From Bacteroidia bacterium (GTDB taxonomy: Bacteria > Bacteroidota > Bacteroidia > M30B66), in the NCBI GenBank assembly GCA_965279035.1, contig OZ257142.1, positions 2,496,001-2,560,000 on the forward strand: 64,000 bases of DNA, read 5' to 3'. A program made the translations under genes and the position numbers. Positions 27,711 through 37,830 of the stretch are shown in pieces. Under the pieces are notes generated by a model. The model made no database searches, was not told where the DNA came from, and worked only from the letters and a program-made list of their open reading frames with translations. Every line of letters starts with the position of its first letter. The stretch's first letter is position 1.

Positions 27711-30183
27711 TTTTTCCCCAAGCGATTAAGTTTGCAAACAAGCGATAAGCACCCGGAACACCAGCTGGAAGTTCACGGAAAAACGACAGTCCGGTATAAA
27801 TGAATTTTCCTTTTCCATACTCGGTTACGAGCAAAGCACCTTGTAATGTTTTTTCACCCGGATCGTTACATTCGAGCAATGGTGTGTAATGTGAATCCCA
27901 TTTCTCAGGAAAATACAAGCCACGTTCCTGAATCCATCCGGTAAAATCCTGATCGGTAATTTGATTCGGAGAATTGAAAATTGGATGATTGGTAATCAAA
28001 CGTTTCATAGGAGCATTTTCGTCAGTTACCCGTTCGCGCGAAACTTCAAACGAATAAGGTCCTGGCTGCACGCTCACATCGCTTATCCAATTTTTGGTGT
28101 TGTATTGTTCGATTAAAGTTCCGCCTTGTTGCACGTATGCTAATAAAATCGGCATGAGGCTCGACATATTTTCATTCGTATTAAATGCCCGAATTCCAAT
28201 AATTACAGCATCGGCATTTTTTAATTTTTCAACTGTTACATCTCCTGAAGCAATTGTATTTACTGTGTAACCAGCTTGTTTCAAGCAATCACCTACTTTA
28301 TCGTCGGCACCGGGAATGTAAACGATATTTTCACCTTTACGATTTAAGTCCACGAATACGGCTTTAAATGCAGCTGGCTTTACCCAAGTTTGAATTGGAA
28401 TGTGATCGTAATCAATACGACTAATATGCATCAGCTCCTTTTTATTTGAACCTTCCACCATCAACACACCAATAGTAAAAACGGCATCTTGCTTTGTTTC
28501 CCGACTTGGATTAGCAAAAAGATCGAAACGAATAACTTGTTTAAGAGGAGCACCATTTCCCAATTGAACTGATATTTTGGAAGGAGTAGAACGAAAATAA
28601 GCAGGCAAATCGAGTGCTACATCAATGTTTGCTGAGATAGCTGATGTTTCAATGGTAATTTCAACCGTACGATGGTCGCTTTGATTGAGGATAAAAACAT
28701 CTTCATTTACAGTTGCAGAAATTGCAGGCAAAACTTCTACTCTTCTAGTCAATTCGCCTTTTACAGGATCAACCCACAAGTAGTTTAATGGAAAGCGTTT
28801 GAGAAAATGGATGTCTCCAATTTGCCATTCTGTTTCTAATTGAATGGGGGCATCAGATTCAGGCTTACCAATTTGTCCTAATTCATTCACAGTAAATAAA
28901 CCTTCTGCATGAGGTGAACTAAGCCAATACGGATTAGATGTGGCTAATTGAGCAGGAAGCTTAAGCGTATCGTTTCGGGTATAGATTTCATTAGTAGTCA
29001 AAACTTTATTGCATTCAACTAAGGGTGAATTGGGTAAAATGGCACGTGTTGAAAGCAGTTTTAATTCTTGATTTGAGCGATTGATGCAAGAAAAACTCAC
29101 CGGTACAGCTTCACCCGGATTGACAGCAAATTTATTCGCCTTGAATTCACCATAAAATCCGGCGCATTGAAGAACGATATCTTGCAATAGCTGCTCGTGA
29201 TGATCGGAATATTCAAGAGGTGTTAGTTTCTGAAATGCTTGATAAAGTCGCGTTAAAGCTGGAATACTTAAAGCAGGATTTTGAATGTTGAAGTGTTGAA
29301 TGATGGTGGCAATGGAATCAGAAATGGCTTTGTTTTTCCAACCTGGCTTCAGGTTTTCAAATGGTTCTGATTGTGCTTTTTCGCCTGCTAAATAATCGAA
29401 ATATTCCAAAATTTCACCACGCTGAAGCGCTACACCAAATCCCTGACTTTTATGCTGACTGCGGCTTTTAGCAGAAATCTCACCCACCGATTCACCCAAT
29501 AATGGTAAAAAAGAACCGATGTCGAGTTTGAGTGCAGATGAAACATCGGCTTTGGGATCGCGCCATTTTCTGAAGTTGTTCCAATACAACGATTTCGTTT
29601 TCCAAGTTCCATAAAGCTTTACGGTTTCAGGAAATCGTTTTTCATCAGCAGCTGCTTCAAATGCTTCTGTAGCCAAGATTGCTGAAGCTGTATGATGACC
29701 ATGTCCTCCTTCTCCAGTGGTTGGGAAACGAGCAATGATCACATCTGGCTTGAATTTCCGAATGACCAAAACCACATCACTCAAAATTTTTTCTTTATCC
29801 CAAATACGAAATGTTTCTTCTGGATTTTTCGAAAATCCAAAGTCAAAAGCGCGAGTAAAAAACTGCTCTGCACCATCCGTATTTCGAGCAGCAATTAACT
29901 CTTGCGTTCGAATCAAACCCAATTCTTCGGATTGTTCGTTTCCTATCAGGTTTTGTCCTCCATCACCACGTGTTAGAGAAAGATAAGCCGTTCGGTAATG
30001 ACGATCATTCGACAACCAAGAAAGCAAACGTGTATTTTCATCATCCGGATGAGCAGCGATATACAGAACTCTGCCTTGTGAATTCAGATGTTGTAATTGA
30101 GAGATTATCTCACCTGGAGCAGATTGCGATTGCAGCGTTCCAAATAAAAGAGAGAATAAATTGAGTAATAAAAAGTGCTTCAT
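27697..30183 (-). CDS. PIG-L/LmbE family deacetylase with a C-terminal class I glutamine-amidotransferase-like domain
   Basis: AAHPDDE, TRGDGGQN, DFGFSK, GHGHH, HKSQGFG, W.QERGLY and FFRELPAGVPGAYRL motifs. Confidence 0.93.
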   Translation of the reverse strand: MKHFLLLNLFSLLFGTLQSQSAPGEIISQLQHLNSQGRVLYIAAHPDDENTRLLSWLSNDRHYRTAYLSLTRGDGGQNLIGNEQSEELGLIRTQELIAARNTDGAEQFFTRAFDFGFSKNPEETFRIWDKEKILSDVVLVIRKFKPDVIIARFPTTGEGGHGHHTASAILATEAFEAAADEKRFPETVKLYGTWKTKSLYWNNFRKWRDPKADVSSALKLDIGSFLPLLGESVGEISAKSRSQHKSQGFGVALQRGEILEYFDYLAGEKAQSEPFENLKPGWKNKAISDSIATIIQHFNIQNPALSIPALTRLYQAFQKLTPLEYSDHHEQLLQDIVLQCAGFYGEFKANKFAVNPGEAVPVSFSCINRSNQELKLLSTRAILPNSPLVECNKVLTTNEIYTRNDTLKLPAQLATSNPYWLSSPHAEGLFTVNELGQIGKPESDAPIQLETEWQIGDIHFLKRFPLNYLWVDPVKGELTRRVEVLPAISATVNEDVFILNQSDHRTVEITIETSAISANIDVALDLPAYFRSTPSKISVQLGNGAPLKQVIRFDLFANPSRETKQDAVFTIGVLMVEGSNKKELMHISRIDYDHIPIQTWVKPAAFKAVFVDLNRKGENIVYIPGADDKVGDCLKQAGYTVNTIASGDVTVEKLKNADAVIIGIRAFNTNENMSSLMPILLAYVQQGGTLIEQYNTKNWISDVSVQPGPYSFEVSRERVTDENAPMKRLITNHPIFNSPNQITDQDFTGWIQERGLYFPEKWDSHYTPLLECNDPGEKTLQGALLVTEYGKGKFIYTGLSFFRELPAGVPGAYRLFANLIAWGKNDGN

Positions 30184-30216
30184 GAATTGGGTTGGGTTTT
30201 CCTAATCAGTGACATT

Positions 30217-30882
30217 TCAGGATTCAAACAGAGTAATTAAAAAATCGTTTAATGATTTGATTGATCCATCTAAATCCCAGCCTTCGCGATTTCGTGGTTC
30301 GACTGGATTTGAAATGGAACGCAATTGAATGACAGGAATTTGTTCTAGTATTCCAACATACATTATTGCAGCACCTTCCATGCTTTCTATTTGAGCTTCT
30401 GGATTTAATCGTTTCATTTTAAGAATCGATTGCTCTTCTCCATGAACTGTTTGAACGGTAATTCCTTTTACGGTTGGAAGTAGATTGATTTTATCTATCA
30501 GCTTTGAGAAAGTATTTGGAAACGGAATAGATTCAAGTGTATCAAAGCGTTTGTCTTGCAACCCAATGTCCGACGCTGAGATATAAAATTCACCATGTTC
30601 TGCCCCAAATCCATAAAAATGATCACTTACTACATTGACGAGTGTTGTTCGTTTAATTTCAGAATCAATTGAACCGGCAATTCCAACGTTCAACAATAAA
30701 TCTGGATGATAATCGGAAAGCGATTTAGTCAAATGATAGGTAGTTGCAACCATTCCGGCACCTGTGATTACTAATTTCAATTGAATATCACCTAGATTTC
30801 GAAACTCTCCAGAACGTAAATTCAAGGTATTTATAAATGGTAAAATCTCTGCTTGAGTAGCTACAATAAGCAAAATCTTCAT
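30217..30882 (-). CDS. mqnB: Futalosine hydrolase (PNP/MTAN fold)
   Basis: LIVAT..E, ITG.GMVAT, N.GIAG, TVHG, ESMEGAA and RSISN.VE.RNRE.W motifs. Confidence 0.85.
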   Translation of the reverse strand: MKILLIVATQAEILPFINTLNLRSGEFRNLGDIQLKLVITGAGMVATTYHLTKSLSDYHPDLLLNVGIAGSIDSEIKRTTLVNVVSDHFYGFGAEHGEFYISASDIGLQDKRFDTLESIPFPNTFSKLIDKINLLPTVKGITVQTVHGEEQSILKMKRLNPEAQIESMEGAAIMYVGILEQIPVIQLRSISNPVEPRNREGWDLDGSIKSLNDFLITLFES

Positions 30883-31002
30883 GTTTCAAATATACAAGGA
30901 CAATACTTCTTGCACTTTATTTTTAAATGAATTTCTCCACAGAACCGCTTTACAGAATGTTAATCGGAACAGATTGCTATTTTTGTCCCACAAACCTACC
31001 CG

Positions 31003-32112
31003 ATGTTAGAAACTTCTTTGTCCCGAATTCAATGGACCTTTAGGGTGCTCTTAATGGCAATGCTTAGTACATGGCTGTTATCGAACAAAGTATGGATGAC
31101 TGATCGGAATTTCCCGGTTATTCCCATTATAGATGGACTACCTTCTTTACCATCTCCTATCGATTATATTTTTTATAGTATCCTCATTGTATTAGCTATT
31201 TATCAGATTATTTATCTCGAAAATAGAAATACAAAAATTGCCTTGATCGCACTTCTTGGTTTCATGATGATTGGTGATCAAATGCGTTGGCAGCCATACA
31301 ATGTGCAGTATTTCTTAATGATTGTTGGTTTGTTTTTTTATCCGAAATATACCGATGGATTAATCAATGTTTTCCGAATGATGGTGGTTGTATTTCTTGT
31401 ATTTAGTGGATTACAAGAATTAAATACTGTCTTTTTCGAATCGATTTTTCCGTGGATGGTTGCTCCTATTGCATCTATTTTTCCAGCCACAGTTGAACCT
31501 AATATTTTAGGTGGTGGATATATTTTTCCTTTTATAAGTATAGCTGCAGGAATCGGATTGCTTTTCGACAAAACGCGTGATTATGCAGTTTATGTAGGGA
31601 TGTTCGTAAATCTTTTTTACTTCTATGCCTTAAGTCCAATGGGGAACGATTGGAATCATGCCATCCTACCCTACAATATTGCCATGACTTTATTCACCTA
31701 CTTGCTTTTCTTTAAAAGTGAGTTTTCGATTAAAGACATTTTTTGGTCAAAATCTTTTCGCTATCAACAAATTGTATTTGTCTTTTTTGCCTGTATTCCG
31801 TTTTTAAGTTTATTCGGTTTGTATGATCGTATGCAAAGCTTTAATACCTATTCCGGGAAATCGCTTTATGCGAAAATCTATGTAACCGAATCGCTAGTTG
31901 AATTACTTCCTGATGGAGTAAAACGCTATGTATATCGTCCACCTCTTGGAGAACCATATATCGAAACTACGTATTGGTCGGCCGATGCACTTAAGGTTTC
32001 ACCTTATAGCGAAGAACGTGTATACCAAAAATTGTATGAATATGTATGTTCTTTTTCGGAAGGTGATTGTGCTGCTCGATTAGAAATCTATTCATACGGT
32101 GGCAGTCATTAA
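31003..32112 (+). CDS. Polytopic membrane protein, HTTM-like
   Basis: R.FP..P, DQMRWQPY, SGLQ.LN..F, WN...PYN and SF..YSG motifs; multiple TM helices. Confidence 0.55.
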   Translation: MLETSLSRIQWTFRVLLMAMLSTWLLSNKVWMTDRNFPVIPIIDGLPSLPSPIDYIFYSILIVLAIYQIIYLENRNTKIALIALLGFMMIGDQMRWQPYNVQYFLMIVGLFFYPKYTDGLINVFRMMVVVFLVFSGLQELNTVFFESIFPWMVAPIASIFPATVEPNILGGGYIFPFISIAAGIGLLFDKTRDYAVYVGMFVNLFYFYALSPMGNDWNHAILPYNIAMTLFTYLLFFKSEFSIKDIFWSKSFRYQQIVFVFFACIPFLSLFGLYDRMQSFNTYSGKSLYAKIYVTESLVELLPDGVKRYVYRPPLGEPYIETTYWSADALKVSPYSEERVYQKLYEYVCSFSEGDCAARLEIYSYGGSH

Positions 32113-32116
32113 AAAC

Positions 32117-33406
32117 ATGTTTCAAAACAGATCGATGGTTAAACAATTTCAGTTAGTAGTCGCTCTGTTTCTTTTTCTTTCAAGTAATATATTAGCTCAA
32201 GTTCCTATTGAGCAACGAATTGATCAATATCAAAGTCAGCTTAAATCCTTACAATCGGATCAAGAAAAATTACTAAAGGAACTTGAAGAACTTAAGTTAG
32301 AAAACTTGCGTGCTGATTTAAAAAAGTGGGGATTGCCACAGCTTCAACCGAATGAAGAAATAATTATGCATTCGGCAATGGCTCTGGTTTATAACGAGAA
32401 ATATGAACAGGCTTCTTGGGTTGCTCACATCATTTTGCCTGATGTTGTTAGCGGTATGGTTGGTCGAAGCAACGATTTCCGCCCCGATCCTCTTGTAAAA
32501 ACAGGTTCAGCTGTTGAACGTGATTATATGATCAAAGACACCTTGGCAGATGGTTCAATTAAATACGATGGATTTGGATACGATCGCGGACATCTAGCAC
32601 CATCGGCCGATTTTCGTTGGTCTCAAAAAGCACTTTCCGAAAGTTTTTATTATTCCAATATGTCGCCTCAGGTTGCTGATTTCAACCGAGATAGTTGGGC
32701 AAAATTAGAAGATCTTTTTAGAGCTTACGTTCAGGAAAAAAAAGTTCCTCTTTATATTGTAACAGCTCCCTTACTTCGTGAAGGATTGCCTGTAGTTGAA
32801 CGCGGTCAAAACCATGTTGCAATTCCTGTTTATTACTACAAGATAGCGCTCGATCCAGCAAACAAACAGGCCATTGCTTTTCTAATGCCCAATAAGAAAT
32901 GCGAATATCCTACAGAGCATTATGCAGTGAGTATTGATAGCTTAGAACATTTAACCGGCCGTGATTTTTTCCCAGCACTACCCGATTCATTAGAAAATCG
33001 TTTAGAGCTAATGGATTCGGCAAAACCTTGGATGAAACTGAAGGAAAAAAATGATGAAAAGCCACTCGATCCAACCAGTTTACCTAGAAATCATTTCAAC
33101 ACAGTTCAGGCTAAATTGTACCAAAATCAAAACGAGAAAATTACTGTCTGCGGAACAGTCGTAAGTACAAAATTATCGTCCAAAGGGAATGTGTTTCTAA
33201 ACCTTGATAAAGGTTTTCCAAACCAAATTTTCACTGTTACCATTTTTAAAGATCAACTCGTCAATTTTACTTATCCACCTCAAACTGAGCTTATGGGAAA
33301 AGTTATTTGTGTTGAAGGTAAAGTAGCTGATTTTAATGGCACTCCATCCATGGTTGTTGAAAACGAAAAAGCTATTCGTCTGTATTTATTGGATGATGAA
33401 AATTGA
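32117..33406 (+). CDS. DNA/RNA non-specific endonuclease (NucA/EndoG family) with N-terminal coiled coil and C-terminal OB-fold
   Basis: GYDRGHLAPSAD, F.YSNMSPQ..FNR..W..LE; C-terminus TVCG.V......VFLNLD..FPNQ.F. Start uncertain (32099/32117/32135). Confidence 0.9.
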   Translation: MFQNRSMVKQFQLVVALFLFLSSNILAQVPIEQRIDQYQSQLKSLQSDQEKLLKELEELKLENLRADLKKWGLPQLQPNEEIIMHSAMALVYNEKYEQASWVAHIILPDVVSGMVGRSNDFRPDPLVKTGSAVERDYMIKDTLADGSIKYDGFGYDRGHLAPSADFRWSQKALSESFYYSNMSPQVADFNRDSWAKLEDLFRAYVQEKKVPLYIVTAPLLREGLPVVERGQNHVAIPVYYYKIALDPANKQAIAFLMPNKKCEYPTEHYAVSIDSLEHLTGRDFFPALPDSLENRLELMDSAKPWMKLKEKNDEKPLDPTSLPRNHFNTVQAKLYQNQNEKITVCGTVVSTKLSSKGNVFLNLDKGFPNQIFTVTIFKDQLVNFTYPPQTELMGKVICVEGKVADFNGTPSMVVENEKAIRLYLLDDEN

Positions 33407-33472
33407 ATTCCTTTTATGATGAATATCATAGTCAGCATGCCATTGCTTTCCTAATTTTGAAATAAAAATAAT

Positions 33473-33877
33473 ATGCTACTTCATATCGAAAAAAACATGA
33501 GTCTGGCTGAAGTACAAGCTGCATTCAGTTTGAGTTTTCCTTTCCTTAAAATTGGATTTTTTATCGACTCAAACAAGGACAATACCTTGACTGCGGATGA
33601 GCAAATTAAGAATCTTAAAATGACCATTGGCTCCATTCGAGAAATTGATTCAGATGGAGATTTGAGAATTGAAGGTGCAATGACGCCCAAACAAGTTGAA
33701 TACGCTTTCAAGAATTCATTCGGACTGGACATTCAAATTTTCCGCAAATCAGGAAATACTTGGTTAGTTACTACCAGTACCGATGATCGCAGCTTAAATG
33801 AACAAAATGAAATTGCGCGCGAAATGAGTTCTCCTGCCGAAAGCCCTGAATTGCCCGATTATCAAGACCACGAATAA
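33473..33877 (+). CDS. Conserved Bacteroidota hypothetical protein
   Basis: F...FPFLKI.FF and F...FGL..QIFRKSG..WL.T..TD..SL.EQN motifs; TAATTTTG box upstream. Confidence 0.7.
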   Translation: MLLHIEKNMSLAEVQAAFSLSFPFLKIGFFIDSNKDNTLTADEQIKNLKMTIGSIREIDSDGDLRIEGAMTPKQVEYAFKNSFGLDIQIFRKSGNTWLVTTSTDDRSLNEQNEIAREMSSPAESPELPDYQDHE

Positions 33878-33926
33878 TTGAATAATCGCTTTAGGTTATC
33901 CACCTAAAATAGTGTTTACTAATATT

Positions 33927-34295
33927 TTAACGAATTTCCTCTATTTTGACTTTGATTAGTCCGTGACGAATCATATCAATTTTTTGGGCTGCGGCTGGAC
34001 TTAAGTCGATTATCCGGTTTGTCCCTTTCATTCCTCGATCGTTCACTTTAACAATGACTGATTGATTGTTTTTCAAATTGGTTACCCGTACACGAGTTCC
34101 AAAGGGCAAGTATTTATGGGCTGCTGTTAAGCTGTCTTTAGAAAATATTTCACCACTGGCTGTTTTGCGTCCATGAAATTTATGAGCATAAAAGCTAGCC
34201 ATTCCAGTTTGTTTGTACAATGTATCCTTTTGTGCATGAGCAGAATAACTCAATATCAAACAAAATAATATCACACTATTCCGGATGAAATGCAT
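33927..34295 (-). CDS. rlpA: RlpA-family lytic transglycosylase (DPBB domain)
   Basis: G.ASFY..FHGRKTASGE, TAAHK.LPFGT.VRVTN, VKVNDRG and IIDLS motifs. Confidence 0.92.
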   Translation of the reverse strand: MHFIRNSVILFCLILSYSAHAQKDTLYKQTGMASFYAHKFHGRKTASGEIFSKDSLTAAHKYLPFGTRVRVTNLKNNQSVIVKVNDRGMKGTNRIIDLSPAAAQKIDMIRHGLIKVKIEEIR

Positions 34296-34421
34296 GCGTG
34301 TTTTTTTGTGAAAGTAAGCATTCTGTAATTAATGCTTTTTGAAATTGGGTTTTCAATCAGTACAAAAAACATCCAAACCCAAAATGAGATTGAAAAATTC
34401 CTGTAGTTTGCAGGCTCAATC

Positions 34422-35444
34422 ATGTCAATAAAACCAAGCATTCTAATTACAAGTTCTGCTGGACTTGTTGGAAGTCACACTCTCCTTAATCTTACAAAAA
34501 AGGGGATAGCTGTTCGAGCAATGGTCCGTCAACTTAGTCATTCTAAAAAACGAATTGCTAAAATTTTCGAACTCTATGGTGAAAATTTCGATAGCTTGGA
34601 GCAATACATTGAATTTGTAGAAGCCGATTTGTTGGACATAGGTTCTTTAGAAGATGCTTTAGTAGGAATTGATTCAGTTATCCACTGTGCAGCTATCGTT
34701 CGAAACTTGAAAAATTCAGATTCAAGTATGTCGAAAGTGAATGTAGAAGGAACTGCAAACTTGGTGAATGTATGTCTAGAAAATAAAATCAGCTGGTTTC
34801 TTCATGTAAGCTCTGTTGCTACACTAGGTCCGAATCCTGAAGGTTTAGTGGATGAAGATTTCTTTTTCAAATACAATCCACGACTTTCGAATTATGCAAT
34901 TAGTAAATACAGTGCAGAACAAGAAGTTTGGAGAGCCTATGAAGAAGGTTTACCTGTTGTGATTATTAATCCATCGTTCATCATTGGTCCATCGGATTCA
35001 GAAAACAGCAGTAGTGCTGTATTCAATGCTGCTCGAAAAGGAATTCCTTATTATACCAAGGGCTTGGGAGCTTATGTTGCGGTGGAAGATGTTGCAGAAA
35101 TTATTGCTCAGTTGTATTTGAAAAAGTTTGTTGGAAAACGCTTTATCGTTTCATCCGAAAATTGGGAAAACAAGGATTTCATTAGCGAAATATCGATAGC
35201 CATGAAATCAGAACCGCCTCAAAAAATGCTTAAAGAATGGATGATTTTTCCTGCTTTGATTTTATTTCGTTTGCGAAAATTAATTACTGGTAAATCGTTC
35301 CCATTGAATCGACAAGTAATACGTATGGCTCAAAGTAGAAATGCATATGATAATTCCCGAATTGTAGAATTAACAAAAATCAATTTCACTCCAGTGAAAG
35401 AAGCTATTCATCGTACTTCATTGAACATGCTAAAATTGAATTAG
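34422..35444 (+). CDS. NAD-dependent epimerase/dehydratase (extended SDR)
   Basis: ITSSAGLVGS (variant Rossmann motif), HCAA, NVEGT.N, HVSSVA and Y..SK motifs. Confidence 0.88.
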   Translation: MSIKPSILITSSAGLVGSHTLLNLTKKGIAVRAMVRQLSHSKKRIAKIFELYGENFDSLEQYIEFVEADLLDIGSLEDALVGIDSVIHCAAIVRNLKNSDSSMSKVNVEGTANLVNVCLENKISWFLHVSSVATLGPNPEGLVDEDFFFKYNPRLSNYAISKYSAEQEVWRAYEEGLPVVIINPSFIIGPSDSENSSSAVFNAARKGIPYYTKGLGAYVAVEDVAEIIAQLYLKKFVGKRFIVSSENWENKDFISEISIAMKSEPPQKMLKEWMIFPALILFRLRKLITGKSFPLNRQVIRMAQSRNAYDNSRIVELTKINFTPVKEAIHRTSLNMLKLN

Positions 35445-36196
35445 AAATATCCTTGTTGCCAGAGACTTAATAAGTCCATTCCAATGGCGATACTGAAATG
35501 AACCAAAATTCCCGGAAGAATGGAGCGTGATCTCAGTGCCATTGTGCCTAATACCAAACCAGCAACGATTGCCCCGATTGTTTCTGGAAATGGTTTTCCA
35601 AAATGAATCATCACATATGGAAGCAATGGTACAAGAACCGCTATGTTTCCTAAGTATTTCTCAAAAGAAAAAAGAATAAATCCTCGAAAGAAATATTCTA
35701 CTGCAACAAATTGAAAGAAATATGCAAGTTCCCATAAAAGTAGCGTTTGTCCGAAATGTTCTCCTTTGGGAATATAAACAAATGGATACGTTTGTTGAAA
35801 TGAATTGAGATAAGAAGCGCCAATTAATGGAAGTATCATAAAGATCAACATGCCACCATAAATCATCCAATGCGATTTTGGTAATTTCCATTGGAAAAGG
35901 GAAGGCTCATCCGGAAAAAGAATTCTTCGAATAAGCATCGGAATCAACAAATAAAACAGAACACAGGAAGCTGCCCAGAAAATTAGTGAATGCAAACTGC
36001 TACTTTCTCCTTCAAAAAAGTATGCTGCAAGCTCTCTTTTCCACGAATCGATGGATTCAGTCCTCCACGATTTGAAAATAGATGCCTTTCCAAAATATTC
36101 TTTGCAAGTCAATAAAACTGCTATACATGCAGTAATGATATAGATTCTGCGATCTTCAGATCGAATTTTAAGTTCCGAAAGGAGGTGTTCATTCAT
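35441..36196 (-). CDS. CPBP/Abi family intramembrane metalloprotease
   Basis: VEYFFRGF, MIHFGKP..E and G..VH motifs; TM helices. Confidence 0.88.
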   Translation of the reverse strand: MNEHLLSELKIRSEDRRIYIITACIAVLLTCKEYFGKASIFKSWRTESIDSWKRELAAYFFEGESSSLHSLIFWAASCVLFYLLIPMLIRRILFPDEPSLFQWKLPKSHWMIYGGMLIFMILPLIGASYLNSFQQTYPFVYIPKGEHFGQTLLLWELAYFFQFVAVEYFFRGFILFSFEKYLGNIAVLVPLLPYVMIHFGKPFPETIGAIVAGLVLGTMALRSRSILPGILVHFSIAIGMDLLSLWQQGYF

Positions 36197-36272
36197 CGCG
36201 CTTAAATTGTAAATAATTCTGTTTATAACTGAATGCCGATGAAAATTTCATTGCAATAGTTTTTTTGCACAT

Positions 36273-37820
36273 TTGAACGCATTGGATGTGAATTTCTTTA
36301 TGTGCGTTCGATTTCCTAAAACAAACTCGTTGAATACTGTTTTTAACCCGTCTTTCTTCCGAAATTTAAAACGGATATTTCTTTTTGTTGCACTGATTTT
36401 GGGCTTCCAATCTGTTGCCCAAGAACTTCAGATTTTATCAGTCGATACATCTCAATATCCCGCCATTCGCCTTTCTATTGCATATAAAGGCAGTACACGT
36501 TTTGATTCTGATCAATTGAATTTGAAGCAAGATGAAAAAAATCTGCCTTTTACTATTCGAGAAAGTGCTCCTGGTTCGGCTCCAGAAAAAGGCAGAGCAG
36601 TTTTCTTTCTCATTGAATCTTCGGGAAACACTTTTGGTAAAGGTCTTATCGATATTCGTGAAGGAATAATTGGTTCGATGGATAACCTCGACACCAAAGA
36701 TCTAATTAACATTGGATGGTTTGGGAGTTATGATGCTGATAGTGTGGGAATGCGCTTATTAAATCCACACTTTACTAATGAACAAGCTAATATTCGTTCA
36801 CTCATTCAATCGAAAATCACTGCAAAAGCTGATTCCTTAAACCGATCAGATCTTTACAAAAACATTATTGCTGGCTTGAATTATATTTCCACAGAGAAAG
36901 ATTTGCCTCAAAACAAATTATTTATTGTCATTTCTTCTGCACGAAATAATAGCTCTTCCCCACTCTCTTCATCTGATTGTATAAGCAAAGCAAAAGAAAT
37001 TGGCGTTCCTATTTATTCAATAACCTATTTGGTCAACGATAGTGCTTATAGTTCGGGAATGATGACAAGAATTTCGGCTCGAACAGGTGGTAAAAACGTA
37101 CAAGCCAGAACTCAAATCGAAATTATCAATGCCATTACAGATTTCTTCAATGCTCCCGTCCCCGTAGCTATGCAGGAATCTTTTTATGACATTTTATTCA
37201 ATGCCAACACCAATACAAATCCTAGTCGAGCTAAAATTGACATCAGCTTTCGAGGCAATCGTCAAATTTTGATTGTAGCCGACCCCAATACAGGTAGCTT
37301 GATTCCATCGGACTATAAAAAATACCTGTGGTATTCGATAGGAATTCTTGGATTGATAGTTCTTTGTATGTTATTAATTAATCTATTTTCACGCAAAGGA
37401 AATCGTGCAAACGAAAGTAATTCAGAGGCTACGGCAGAAACTGAATCAAGTCCATTAGCCGTTAGAAAAAATACCGTGACTATAAGTAACGAGAATATTC
37501 AAGAGCAAACTCCGATTTCAACACCTGAAATTAAACCGATGGGCCCAGTAATCTTGGTAAGTATGAATGGAAGAACAACGCCCCATCCACTTACTAAATC
37601 AGAAACTACCATAGGAAGACACGATACAAACGACATTATCCTCCCCGAACAAATCATTACAGGGAAACATGCTATTATTCGCATGGAAGACAATGTGATA
37701 ACTATCAATGACCTTGGTAGCACAAACGGAACTTTTGTAAATGGAGAACGTATCCGTACAAAAGAACTCAAATCTGGCGATCGTATTCGGATCGGCACCA
37801 TTGAGTTAACGCTAAAGTGA
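36273..37820 (+). CDS. Membrane protein with extracytoplasmic VWA-like domain and cytoplasmic FHA domain (true start probably downstream)
   Basis: Signal peptide, FLIESSGNT (degenerate MIDAS), VPIYSI...TGG, one TM helix, IGR..NDI...HA...DLGSTNGTFVNG. Confidence 0.82.
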   Translation: MNALDVNFFMCVRFPKTNSLNTVFNPSFFRNLKRIFLFVALILGFQSVAQELQILSVDTSQYPAIRLSIAYKGSTRFDSDQLNLKQDEKNLPFTIRESAPGSAPEKGRAVFFLIESSGNTFGKGLIDIREGIIGSMDNLDTKDLINIGWFGSYDADSVGMRLLNPHFTNEQANIRSLIQSKITAKADSLNRSDLYKNIIAGLNYISTEKDLPQNKLFIVISSARNNSSSPLSSSDCISKAKEIGVPIYSITYLVNDSAYSSGMMTRISARTGGKNVQARTQIEIINAITDFFNAPVPVAMQESFYDILFNANTNTNPSRAKIDISFRGNRQILIVADPNTGSLIPSDYKKYLWYSIGILGLIVLCMLLINLFSRKGNRANESNSEATAETESSPLAVRKNTVTISNENIQEQTPISTPEIKPMGPVILVSMNGRTTPHPLTKSETTIGRHDTNDIILPEQIITGKHAIIRMEDNVITINDLGSTNGTFVNGERIRTKELKSGDRIRIGTIELTLK

Positions 37821-37830
37821 AATTCCTAAC

